NCBI GenBank assembly: GCA_964497555.1
Contig: CAZCEM010000001.1
Span: 1-24,694, forward strand
Origin: an uncultured bacterium
GTDB taxonomy: Bacteria > Electryoneota > AABM5-125-24 > Hatepunaeales > Hatepunaeaceae
Direction: 5' to 3'
DNA length: 24,694 bases
The translations under genes and the position numbers were made by a program. The notes beneath the pieces were generated by a model. It was given only the letters and a program-made list of their open reading frames with translations, did no database searches and was not told where the DNA came from. Shown here in pieces: positions 7,995-16,658 of this stretch. Positions within the stretch are counted from its first letter, which is position 1. Every line of letters begins with the position of its first letter.

Positions 7995-9237
7995 AACAGC
8001 TCTACGAAGCGACGAATTAAACAAGTGCGTTACCTGTGGATTATGCCAGGCGGTGTGCCCGACCTTCCTCTATTCGGGCAGCGAAGGATTAACCGCCCGC
8101 GGCAAGATTGTGATGATGCGAGCGATGCTGGATGGAGCTTTGGCGCTGTCGCCGTCCCTCGCTGCGCTCTTTGACGACTGCCTGACCTGCTACGCCTGCC
8201 AATCCGTGTGTCCATCGGGGGTGCAGACCGAGCGCCTGTGGACCGCTGCAAGGCAAGATTTGGCTGACTGCTATTCGACCAGCCAATTGAAACGATGGGG
8301 ACTTAAGTGGACCATAGGCAAGCCTTGGGTGTTTCGACTACTAGTCAGACTAGGCGGATTGTTCGGCTTCGCTCCCGACGACCCCCAGGGCGTCGATCTG
8401 GATGCTCTGTTGCCGCTGCCCTTCCGTGGTGCTCCAGCGCTAAGAAAATTGCGGGAGGAGTACCCGCCGGTGGGCGAGTCGCGCGGCAGTGTGGGGATGT
8501 TGCTCGGTTGCAGCGTCAACCTCTATGAGCCACATGTCGCAGAAGGAGCAATCAAGCTGCTGACAGCCGCGGGCTATCGGGTGTTGATACCAAAGAACCA
8601 GGTATGCTGCGGCGCTCCCGCGATAAACAACTCGGCTTGGACCACCGCCCGCAAACTGGCGCTGCGGACCGCTCGATTGTTCAACGGATTAAATGTCGAG
8701 GTGGTGACCTCCTGCGACGCCACCTGCGCCGGGGCGATGATTAACGACTATCGGGAACTGTTCCTCGGCGAAAAAATAGAACTGGCAGAAGTGGAGCGGC
8801 TGGCGGCCAAAACCCGACAGTTGGGTCAGGTGCTGCAAACCGCAGTCGATTCCGGCTGGCTTCGCTTTGATACATGCGACGCTAAGGTGACAGTTCACGA
8901 CTCCTGCCACTCGACTCATTACCGGCAAGGGAAGGTCAACTGGCGGAAGGTCATCCAGCGTGTTCCTGGCGTGGTGATTGTGGAAATGGCTGACGCCGGT
9001 CATTGCTGCGGTTTCGGCGGCAGCTACTCTTTCACTCACCGACGGGATTCAATGGCGATATCGGAGGTTAAGCTGCGCCATGCCATAGCCACCGGCGCGC
9101 AGGAGATTCTGGTGGGCTCTCCGGGCTGTGCGTTGCGGCTGCTGTCAACCCAGCGGGAAGTCCAGGCGAACGCAATAAAAATCCGGCATGCAGTAAATTT
9201 CCTGGCGGATCGGCTTGCTAATTCGATAATATATTAA
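7966..9237 (+). CDS. GlcF-like Fe-S oxidoreductase (two [4Fe-4S] ferredoxin motifs plus two CCG domains)
   Basis: Motifs CVTCGLCQAVCP, CLTCYACQSVCP, LLGCS, QVCCGAP, HDSCH, HCCGFGGSYS and GSPGC. Confidence 0.85.
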   Translation: MAKAAPPLIETALRSDELNKCVTCGLCQAVCPTFLYSGSEGLTARGKIVMMRAMLDGALALSPSLAALFDDCLTCYACQSVCPSGVQTERLWTAARQDLADCYSTSQLKRWGLKWTIGKPWVFRLLVRLGGLFGFAPDDPQGVDLDALLPLPFRGAPALRKLREEYPPVGESRGSVGMLLGCSVNLYEPHVAEGAIKLLTAAGYRVLIPKNQVCCGAPAINNSAWTTARKLALRTARLFNGLNVEVVTSCDATCAGAMINDYRELFLGEKIELAEVERLAAKTRQLGQVLQTAVDSGWLRFDTCDAKVTVHDSCHSTHYRQGKVNWRKVIQRVPGVVIVEMADAGHCCGFGGSYSFTHRRDSMAISEVKLRHAIATGAQEILVGSPGCALRLLSTQREVQANAIKIRHAVNFLADRLANSIIY

Positions 9238-9280
9238 GGGGTGCATTTTCCTTTGAACATTGGAAAAATGCGTCGAAGAC

Positions 9281-9348
9281 GCATCATTCCAGCGAAAGCT
9301 GAAATCCAGAATGTAGCTAATGGATGCCAGCTTTCGCTGGCATAATGC
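9281..9348. repeat. Palindromic REP-like element (module A)
   Basis: gcatcattccagcgaaagctgaaatcca and tggatgccagctttcgctggcataatgc are near-perfect inverted arms, each internally palindromic. A second copy lies at 12675-12754. Confidence 0.8.
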
Positions 9349-9423
9349 GCCCGTGCCGTTAAGCAGTATGTTTAGAATTAAATACACCCCTTAATAGTAC
9401 ATTGACATACTAACGAGGCTGAA

Positions 9424-10560
9424 ATGTTCTTGACAGAAGAACAAACGATGCTCCGCGACATGGTGCGGAATTTCGCCCAGAACGAAGTCAAGCCGCGGGC
9501 GGCGAAGATAGACCAGACCTGCGAGTTTTCTTGGGAAACAGCCAAGAAAATGGGCGAACTGGGGCTGATGGGCATCGTTTTCCCGGAAGAATACGGCGGC
9601 GCCGGCATGGACACCGTATGCTACGCCATCGCCGTCGAGGAACTCTCCCGCGTCTGCGCAGCCACCGGCATCACCCTGGCGGCGCATATTTCCCTGGGTG
9701 TCGCACCCATCTACGAATTCGGCAACGAGGAGCAAAAACGAAAGTGGCTGCCCTCCCTGTGTTCGGGCGAAATTCTCGGCGCTTATGGTCTGACCGAGCC
9801 TAACGCCGGTTCCGACGCCGGCGGCACTGAAACCACCGCCATTCGTCAAGGGAACAACTTCGTCGTCAACGGCTCCAAGCGTTTCATCACCAACGCCTCA
9901 GTATCAAATATATACAGCTTCACGGCTGCTACCGACAAATCCAAAGGCACCAAGGGCATCAGCGCCTTTCTGGTCGAGAAGGGAACCCCCGGCTTTTCTA
10001 TTGACCGGAAGGAGCACAAGCTCGGAATCCGCGGGTCGGACACCGCCGGACTGCTGTTTGAAGACTGCGTCATCCCCGCCTCCAACATGCTGGGCAAGGA
10101 AGGCGAAGGCTTCAAGCAATTCCTCTATATCCTCGACGGCGGTCGGATCTCCATCGGCGCGATGGCGCTGGGCATCGCCCAAGGAGCGTTGGACGAGGCG
10201 TTGAAGTACTCGCAGGTGCGAATGCAATTCAAGCGGCCGATATCATCCTTTCAGATAAACCAGTTCAAGCTGGCGGACATGGCGACCTGGGTTGAAGCCA
10301 GCCGGCATCTGGTCTATCATGCCGCGAGGCTGAAGGATGCCGGCAAGCCCTACATCAAGGAATCCTCCATGGCGAAGCTGTTCGCCTCGGAAACCGCCAC
10401 CAAGTGCGCTGAGATGGCCGTTCAGATTCACGGCGGCTACGGCTACTGCCGAGACTATCCCGTCGAGCGTATGTGGCGGGATGCTAAAATCACGGAGATC
10501 GGCGAAGGCACCTCAGAAATCCAAAGGCTGGTCATCGCCCGCCAAATCCTTAATTTGTAA
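9424..10560 (+). CDS. Acyl-CoA dehydrogenase, probably short/branched-chain (Bacillus YngJ-like; isovaleryl-CoA candidate)
   Basis: Motifs [43 protein letters not shown] and [11 protein letters not shown]. Substrate is inferred from context. Confidence 0.88.
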   Translation: MFLTEEQTMLRDMVRNFAQNEVKPRAAKIDQTCEFSWETAKKMGELGLMGIVFPEEYGGAGMDTVCYAIAVEELSRVCAATGITLAAHISLGVAPIYEFGNEEQKRKWLPSLCSGEILGAYGLTEPNAGSDAGGTETTAIRQGNNFVVNGSKRFITNASVSNIYSFTAATDKSKGTKGISAFLVEKGTPGFSIDRKEHKLGIRGSDTAGLLFEDCVIPASNMLGKEGEGFKQFLYILDGGRISIGAMALGIAQGALDEALKYSQVRMQFKRPISSFQINQFKLADMATWVEASRHLVYHAARLKDAGKPYIKESSMAKLFASETATKCAEMAVQIHGGYGYCRDYPVERMWRDAKITEIGEGTSEIQRLVIARQILNL

Positions 10561-10569
10561 TTCGTAATT

Positions 10570-11364
10570 ATGGAGTTCCACGCCCTTCAAGACGGCTGGA
10601 TCAAGATTAACGCCCAGGATTTTCCTATGGGCAAGAAATTGTTCCAGTCCGACACGTTGTTAATCGGCGTAAATCAGCTTCTGATTCGAATTCACAACCA
10701 GACGGTGCTTCTTGACGCCGGCTTGGGCAATAAATGGAATCTTACAGAAACCGGCTTAATCGGATTTAAGAAGCCACGTCAACTGATTCCCGAACTTAGA
10801 AAGGTCGGCGTCAGCGTCAACGACGTCAACACAGTCATTCTGAGCCATCTGCATCTCGACCATGCTGGAGGATGCACGTATCGAGATGAATCCAGCTTAG
10901 TTAAGCCAGTCTTCCCGAATGCATTATATGTTTGTCAAAATGAGGAGCTGAGTTTTGCCCGGGATCCCGATAACCAATTCAGCGGAGATTATCGACCGGA
11001 GGATTTCGAACCGCTTCTCACTGCCGGGCAGTTGAAGACGATTGAAGGCGCCGGTCAGGTTGTCAAAGGCGTGAAGGTCTTCCCCACAAAGGGACACAGC
11101 CCCGGTCATCAGGTGATTCTGGCGGAGGATGTTGACAATGCGGTCTTTTTCCCCGGCGATTTGTTCGCCGTCAAGGAACACACCAATCTGACAATCTTCA
11201 CCCAGTACGATTATGAGCCGCGAAAACTGATGGATGAGCGGCGCATCTGGCTGGACCGGATGGAGAAGAACGCCTGGATATGCTGCTTTTGCCACCATTT
11301 CCGCTATCCGCTTGGCAGATACTTTAACGGCAGGGTAATCCCCTGCGCCAATGAAGATAATTGA
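10570..11364 (+). CDS. Metallo-beta-lactamase-fold hydrolase (YtnP-like scaffold)
   Basis: Motifs LLDAGLG, SHLHLDHAGG (HxHxDH), GHSPGHQ, FPGDL and a C-terminal His. Confidence 0.85.
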   Translation: MEFHALQDGWIKINAQDFPMGKKLFQSDTLLIGVNQLLIRIHNQTVLLDAGLGNKWNLTETGLIGFKKPRQLIPELRKVGVSVNDVNTVILSHLHLDHAGGCTYRDESSLVKPVFPNALYVCQNEELSFARDPDNQFSGDYRPEDFEPLLTAGQLKTIEGAGQVVKGVKVFPTKGHSPGHQVILAEDVDNAVFFPGDLFAVKEHTNLTIFTQYDYEPRKLMDERRIWLDRMEKNAWICCFCHHFRYPLGRYFNGRVIPCANEDN

Positions 11365-11396
11365 GCCTGAAGGTCAAAAGTTTAAACGGAGGAACA

Positions 11397-12590
11397 ATGC
11401 GCGAAGTAGTAATAGTATCAGCGGTCCGAACGCCTATTGGCTCGTTCAACGGCGTTTTGGCTTCGGTCCCGGCGGTAAAGCTGGGCGCCGCTGCAATAAA
11501 AGGAGCATTGACTAAAGCGGGCCTCAAGCCCGACGAAGTCTGTGAAGTTCTTATGGGGCAGGTGCTGCAGGGCGGCATCGGCCAGGCGCCGGCTCGGCAG
11601 GCCTCGATTTACGCGGGATTGCCGGCATCAGTGCCCTGCACTACTGTTCACAAGGTTTGTGGTTCCGGACTGAAAGCTGTCATGCTGGGCGCGCAGCAGA
11701 TAATGCTGGGCGAAGCCGACGTGGTCATTGCGGGGGGGATGGAATCCATGTCCAACGCCCCTTATTATCTTTTCCAAGCTCGCTCAGGTTATCGAATGGG
11801 CGACGGGAAGCTGGTGGACGGCATGATTTTCGATGGGCTGTGGGACCCTTACAGCGACATGCACATGGGCATGTGCGGCGAAATCTGCGCTGAGGAATAT
11901 AAAATCACCCGCGAGGAGCAGGACGCCTTCGCGATTGAGAGCTACAAACGCGCGCAGACTGCCGTTACAAACGGCAAGTTTGCGGCGGAAATCGTGCCGG
12001 TGGAAATTCCTCAGCGCAAAGGCGACCCCATTGTCATCAGCGATGATGAAGAGCCTTTCAAGACTAAATTTGACAAAATTCCCGAGCTTCGTCCCGCCTT
12101 CAAGAAGGACGGCACCGTCACCGCCGCCAACGCCTCGAAGATAAACGACGGCGCTTCAGCGGTTGTCTTAATGGCGGCGGAAGACGCCCATAAAAGGGGT
12201 TTGAAACCGCTGGCGAAAATTCATGGCTCCGGCACCTTCGCTCAGGATCCGAAGTGGTTCACCACCGCGCCAGCGGAAGCCATACGCCGTGCCCTGAAGA
12301 AGACCCACAAAGCCAACGGCGACGAACTGACGTTGGATGGCATCGGACTGTTCGAAATTAATGAAGCCTTTGCGGTGGTTGGCTTGGTCAACATCAAACT
12401 GCTGAGCCTCGACCCAGCCAAGGTGAACGTGAACGGCGGCGCCGTGGCGCTGGGGCATCCCATCGGCGCCTCCGGCGCCCGCATCCTTACCACGCTGGTT
12501 CACGCCATGAACGACCGCAACGTCCATTGGGGCGTGGCGGGCATCTGTCTCGGCGGCGGCGAAGCCGTGGCGATGGTGGTTGAAAAATAA
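11397..12590 (+). CDS. atoB: Acetyl-CoA C-acetyltransferase (classical thiolase II)
   Basis: Motifs RTPIGSFNG, KVCGSGLKA, GGMESMS, INEAFA, GHPIGASGARIL and CLGGG. ATG at 11397 follows GGAGGA at 11388-11393. Confidence 0.92.
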   Translation: MREVVIVSAVRTPIGSFNGVLASVPAVKLGAAAIKGALTKAGLKPDEVCEVLMGQVLQGGIGQAPARQASIYAGLPASVPCTTVHKVCGSGLKAVMLGAQQIMLGEADVVIAGGMESMSNAPYYLFQARSGYRMGDGKLVDGMIFDGLWDPYSDMHMGMCGEICAEEYKITREEQDAFAIESYKRAQTAVTNGKFAAEIVPVEIPQRKGDPIVISDDEEPFKTKFDKIPELRPAFKKDGTVTAANASKINDGASAVVLMAAEDAHKRGLKPLAKIHGSGTFAQDPKWFTTAPAEAIRRALKKTHKANGDELTLDGIGLFEINEAFAVVGLVNIKLLSLDPAKVNVNGGAVALGHPIGASGARILTTLVHAMNDRNVHWGVAGICLGGGEAVAMVVEK

Positions 12591-12674
12591 GTTAGATAAG
12601 CTTGATGATTTCTTGGAGGGCGAACTGAAAGAGTCCGACCGATAACGCTGTAATTGAGTGGCAACGCCCGCTTC

Positions 12675-12886
12675 GCATCATTCCAACGAAAGCAGGAATC
12701 CAGCAACTCCTATAATTCCAGTATGTTTTCTGGATTCCAGCTTTCGCTGAAATTGTCATGGTGGCTCCCCCATCATGGAGAATGAAAATACCCCCATTTT
12801 GTATTTTCCCCCTGCGAGCAGGGGGGAAATGTCGGGCGAGACGCCCGACCTACACGTTTAAGGTCGGGTTCGGAGACCCAACCTAC
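12675..12886. repeat. Composite palindromic mosaic: module A, two further hairpins and two tandem GTAG-type REP units
   Basis: Module A spans 12675-12754, followed by a catggtgg/ccatcatg hairpin and a ttccccctgc/gcaggggggaa hairpin. REP units at 12831-12853 and 12862-12886 read GTAG plus hairpin on the - strand. Segment 12741-12853 recurs inverted at 24582-24694. Confidence 0.85.
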
Positions 12887-13031
12887 ACAATCGTGGGGCT
12901 GTTTTCTGGAAAATGATGCCTTCGAGGCGTTCAGCCTAAAATGGATTTATCGAACAGACTCTGAAAGTTCGTCCTTCAAGAATTGCTGCAAGTTTATTTT
13001 CCAACTACAGTTAAAAAAAGGAGATAAAGAC

Positions 13032-13880
13032 ATGGCTATCAAGAAAATTGCCGTCATCGGCGGCGGCACTATGGGCAACGGCATCGTTCACGTCGCGGCT
13101 CAGTTCGGTTTCGACGTGACCTTGGTGGAGGTGAATCAACTTCTCATCGACCGCGCCCTTAAGACCATATCCGGCAACTGCGACCGTCAGATTAAAAAGG
13201 AAAAGATGACTGAAGCCGAGAAGATGGATTTGTTGTCGCGCATAAATGCGTCGCTGGACATAAAGGACTGCTCAGACGCCGACATCGTCATCGAGGCGGT
13301 TATTGAGGAGATAAACCTTAAAAAAAGCATCTTCAAGCAGCTTCAGGAAATCTGCCCCGAAGCGGTACTCCTCGCCAGCAATACTTCCTCAATTTCCATT
13401 TCCACCCTCGCCGCGCAAACCAAACGTCCGAGCCAAGTCATCGGCATGCACTTTATGAATCCTGTGCCGATGATGAAGCTGGTGGAGGTAGTGCGCGGAA
13501 TTGAGACCTCCGATGAAACCGTGCAAAAGGTCACCGACCTCGCCAAAAGGCTGGGCAAGACGCCGGTTGTAGTGAACGATTACCCCGGCTTCGTCGCCAA
13601 CCGCATCCTCATGCCCATGATAAACGAGGCGGTCTATTGTCTGATGGAAGGCGTCGCCGACGCGGAAGCCATCGACACGGTGATGAAACTGGGCATGGCG
13701 CATCCGATGGGTCCCTTGTTCCTGGCGGACTTGATAGGACTGGACGTATGTCTTGCCATCATGGAAGTCCTACACCACGACCTCGGCGACAGCAAATACC
13801 GCCCCTGCCCGTTGCTGCGCAACAAGGTGGCGGCTGGTCATCTGGGTCGCAAATCCGGCAAAGGCTTCTATAATTATTGA
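13032..13880 (+). CDS. hbd: 3-hydroxybutyryl-CoA dehydrogenase
   Basis: Motifs [50 protein letters not shown] and [18 protein letters not shown]. Confidence 0.93.
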   Translation: MAIKKIAVIGGGTMGNGIVHVAAQFGFDVTLVEVNQLLIDRALKTISGNCDRQIKKEKMTEAEKMDLLSRINASLDIKDCSDADIVIEAVIEEINLKKSIFKQLQEICPEAVLLASNTSSISISTLAAQTKRPSQVIGMHFMNPVPMMKLVEVVRGIETSDETVQKVTDLAKRLGKTPVVVNDYPGFVANRILMPMINEAVYCLMEGVADAEAIDTVMKLGMAHPMGPLFLADLIGLDVCLAIMEVLHHDLGDSKYRPCPLLRNKVAAGHLGRKSGKGFYNY

Positions 13881-13918
13881 TGTTGCGGCGGGACGGTCCG
13901 GAATCTGCAAGGAATAGG

Positions 13919-13947
13919 TTGCTTGAAAATCTGCGCCTGCTTATATT
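13919..13947 (+). promoter_or_regulatory. Candidate sigma70 promoter for the acyl-CoA dehydrogenase-ilvE-nusB region
   Basis: TTGCTT (13919-13924), 17-nt spacer, TATATT (13942-13947). Confidence 0.5.
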
Positions 13948-14054
13948 TTCCTTAGGATGTCCGGATCGTCCCGGCAGCCTTTGGAGTACAATCCACCTGA
14001 CAGAAAAGCAATCAGGGGGAATGTCCGCTCACTCTGGTTAACTTGGAAGAGACA

Positions 14055-15194
14055 ATGGATTTTCAATTCACTGAAACGCAGCAGATGGTCCGACAGACCA
14101 TCCGGGATTTCGCTGAAACCGAACTTGCCCCCGGCGCCGCTGAACGCGACGAAAAGGAGATTTATCCCCGCGAAGCCATCCAGAAACTGGGCGAACTCGG
14201 CTTCATGGGAGTGACCGTCCCGGAAGAGAACGGCGGCTCAGGGCTGGATATGGTCTCTTACGCGATAGCGATTGAAGAACTCGGTCGAGTGGAAGCCTCA
14301 GTCGCCATAATTGTGTCGGTTCAGAACTCGCTGCTGTGCTATCCGCTGGAGAAGTTCGCCAGCGAAGAGCAAAAGAACCGTTTTCTGAAGCCTCTGGCTT
14401 CGGGCGCGAAACTGGGCGCGTTTGCGCTTACTGAACCGGATTCCGGGTCCGACGCCGGCGACATGAAAACCGTGGCTGTCAAGGACGGAGATCATTACAT
14501 CATCAACGGCTCGAAGTGCTTCATCACCTCTGGCGCGAACTGCAACATGATGTTGACCTTCGTAGTTACCGACGCCACCAAAGGCTCGAAGGGCAGCTCC
14601 GCGTTCATGATCGAGAAAGGCACGCCCGGTTTCAATGTGGTTCGCCGTGAAGAAAAGCTCGGCATCCGTGCCACCGACACCGCGCTCATCTCGTTTGAGG
14701 ATTGCCGCGTGCCCGCTGCGAATATGATTGGCACCGAGGGAATGGGTTTAAAGATTGCCCTCACCGCGCTTGACAGCGGCCGCATCGGCGTTGCCAGTCA
14801 GGCGCTGGGCATCGCTCAGGGGGCGTTTGAGCAGGCGGTAAAGTACAGCAAGGAGCGGGTGCAGTTCGGCAAGCCGATAGCAGCCTTTCAGGCTACTCAG
14901 TTCAAGATTGCCCGAATGGCGACCGAGATAGAAGCGGCTCGCTTGCTGCTGTATTCAGCCGCCGCGAAAAAGGACCGGGGGGAGCGGTTCACGAAAGAAG
15001 CCGCAATGGCAAAGTTATATTGTTCGGAAGTCGCCGTGAGGACCGCGCTCGAGGCGGTGCAGATACACGGGGGCTACGGTTACATCAAAGAATACCCCGT
15101 CGAACGCTTCCTGCGCGACTCAAAGATCACTACGATCTACGAGGGAACCAGCGAAATCATGCACTTGGTGATAGCGGGAACAGTGCTCGGTTGA
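14055..15194 (+). CDS. Acyl-CoA dehydrogenase, short-chain/butyryl-CoA type (MmgC/AcdA-like)
   Basis: Motifs [43 protein letters not shown] and [11 protein letters not shown] at 14055 is preferred; TTG at 14043 is the alternative. Confidence 0.9.
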   Translation: MDFQFTETQQMVRQTIRDFAETELAPGAAERDEKEIYPREAIQKLGELGFMGVTVPEENGGSGLDMVSYAIAIEELGRVEASVAIIVSVQNSLLCYPLEKFASEEQKNRFLKPLASGAKLGAFALTEPDSGSDAGDMKTVAVKDGDHYIINGSKCFITSGANCNMMLTFVVTDATKGSKGSSAFMIEKGTPGFNVVRREEKLGIRATDTALISFEDCRVPAANMIGTEGMGLKIALTALDSGRIGVASQALGIAQGAFEQAVKYSKERVQFGKPIAAFQATQFKIARMATEIEAARLLLYSAAAKKDRGERFTKEAAMAKLYCSEVAVRTALEAVQIHGGYGYIKEYPVERFLRDSKITTIYEGTSEIMHLVIAGTVLG

Positions 15195-15210
15195 GGGGAG
15201 AGGAGGACGA

Positions 15211-16140
15211 TTGTCTGCATTTGACGAATCCGCCAAGCTATGGTTCTCCGGTCGCATTATCGACTGGAAGGACGCCCATATACATGTGATGAGCCATGTG
15301 GTTCATTACGGCTCCGCTGTGTTTGAGGGTCTTCGCTGCTACAATACACCGCGAGGTTCAGCGGTTTATCGGCTGCGTGAGCATGTCCAGCGGCTGTTCA
15401 ACTCCGCGAAAATCTACAGAATGAACATCCCCTTCACCTTTGAGGAAGTCTTCAATGCCTGCATAGACGTGATTAAAGTCAACGGATGGAAGGAGGCTTA
15501 TATCCGCCCGTTAGTCTTCCGCGGCTATGACAGTTTAGGCGTGGCGCCGGGTAAATGTCCCATAGAGGTGGTGATAGGCGTGTGGAAATGGGGCAAGTAC
15601 TTAGGCGATGAAGCGCTCGCCAGCGGCGTGGATGTCCGCGTTTCCTCCTGGAGCAGATTGGCGCCTAACACCATGCCGGCGCTGGCAAAGTGCGGCGCGA
15701 ACTACATGAATTCGCAGCTCATCAAGATGGAAGCATTGGTTGACGGCTACGTCGAAGGCATCGCCTTGGACCAAAACGGGCACGTCAGCGAAGGCTCAGG
15801 TGAGAATATCTTTCTGGTGGTGAACGGTGAAATTCTGACGCCGCCGCTCAGCGCCTCGGTGCTTCCAGGCATCACCCGCGCCACTGTCTTCACTTTGGCT
15901 GAGGAGTTGGGATACAAAGTCCGCGAGCTTAACATCCCTCGTGAGATGCTGTACATCGCGGACGAGGTCTTTTTTACCGGCTCGGCGGCTGAGGTCTCCC
16001 CAATACGCTCCATCGACCGAATCACCGTTGGAGCGGGACATAGGGGACCTATAACCGAGAAGATACAAAAAAGGTTCTTTGAATACGTCAACGGAGAGCT
16101 GCCCGACACGCACGGCTGGTTGACATACATTTACAAGTAA
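15211..16140 (+). CDS. ilvE: Branched-chain amino acid aminotransferase
   Basis: Motifs HYGSAVFEGLRCY, YIRPLVF, AKCGANYMNSQL (PLP Lys), EGSGENIF, LPGITR, DEVFFTGSAAEV and GPITEKIQ. Confidence 0.94.
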   Translation: MSAFDESAKLWFSGRIIDWKDAHIHVMSHVVHYGSAVFEGLRCYNTPRGSAVYRLREHVQRLFNSAKIYRMNIPFTFEEVFNACIDVIKVNGWKEAYIRPLVFRGYDSLGVAPGKCPIEVVIGVWKWGKYLGDEALASGVDVRVSSWSRLAPNTMPALAKCGANYMNSQLIKMEALVDGYVEGIALDQNGHVSEGSGENIFLVVNGEILTPPLSASVLPGITRATVFTLAEELGYKVRELNIPREMLYIADEVFFTGSAAEVSPIRSIDRITVGAGHRGPITEKIQKRFFEYVNGELPDTHGWLTYIYK

Positions 16141-16149
16141 AAGCGGGCC

Positions 16150-16644
16150 TTGAGAAAAACAGATTCTGAGCTGCCGCAATCCTCTATTCAGGATGATCTG
16201 GAATTGGGAGATGAGCCGCGCCAGCCGGTTCGCCGGCTGGCGCGGGAAATGGCGTTAAGGGCAGCTTACGTGATGGAGTTTCAGAGGTGTAGCGCTGCAG
16301 AAGCGCTCCACGATCCGCTGGTGAACGACCAAAGTAAGCCGCCCGCCTATGCCTTTCGTCTTTTGGAGTATTCCGAGCAGCATCGGGAGTACCTTGACGA
16401 TTTAATTCGCAGCAAGGTTGAGAAATGGGAGTTTCACCGCATTGCCATGATTGACCGCCTGATACTGCGCCTGGCGCTGGTGGAACTCCTGTTTTTCGAC
16501 GACGTTCCGCCCAAGGTCACCATCAATGAGGCGATCGAGGTTGCCAAGAGGTATTCAACCGCTCAGAGCGGCAAGTTCGTTAACGGCATCCTTGATGCGG
16601 TCTATTCAGATGTCATCCAAGGCCGCATTCACCTAAACGCTTAA
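16150..16644 (+). CDS. nusB: Transcription antitermination factor NusB
   Basis: Motifs RRLAREMAL, WEFHRIAMIDRLILRLA, VPPKVTINEAIEVAKRYST and FVNGILD. Confidence 0.92.
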   Translation: MRKTDSELPQSSIQDDLELGDEPRQPVRRLAREMALRAAYVMEFQRCSAAEALHDPLVNDQSKPPAYAFRLLEYSEQHREYLDDLIRSKVEKWEFHRIAMIDRLILRLALVELLFFDDVPPKVTINEAIEVAKRYSTAQSGKFVNGILDAVYSDVIQGRIHLNA

Positions 16645-16658
16645 ACTCCTACCGGCTC

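Noticed and set aside
7302-8024. 240-aa antisense ORF
   Set aside because: Shadow of BC/BCCP with no independent evidence.
9402-9407. Perfect TTGACA upstream of the acyl-CoA dehydrogenase
   Set aside because: A -10 element at normal spacing would fall inside the CDS and does not match.
12675-12886. CRISPR array or integron attC interpretation of the repeats
   Set aside because: There are no regularly spaced identical repeats with unique spacers, no cas genes, and no cassette ORFs.
13957-14214. 85-aa ORF overlapping the dehydrogenase start
   Set aside because: Out-of-frame overlap with a clear gene and no motifs.
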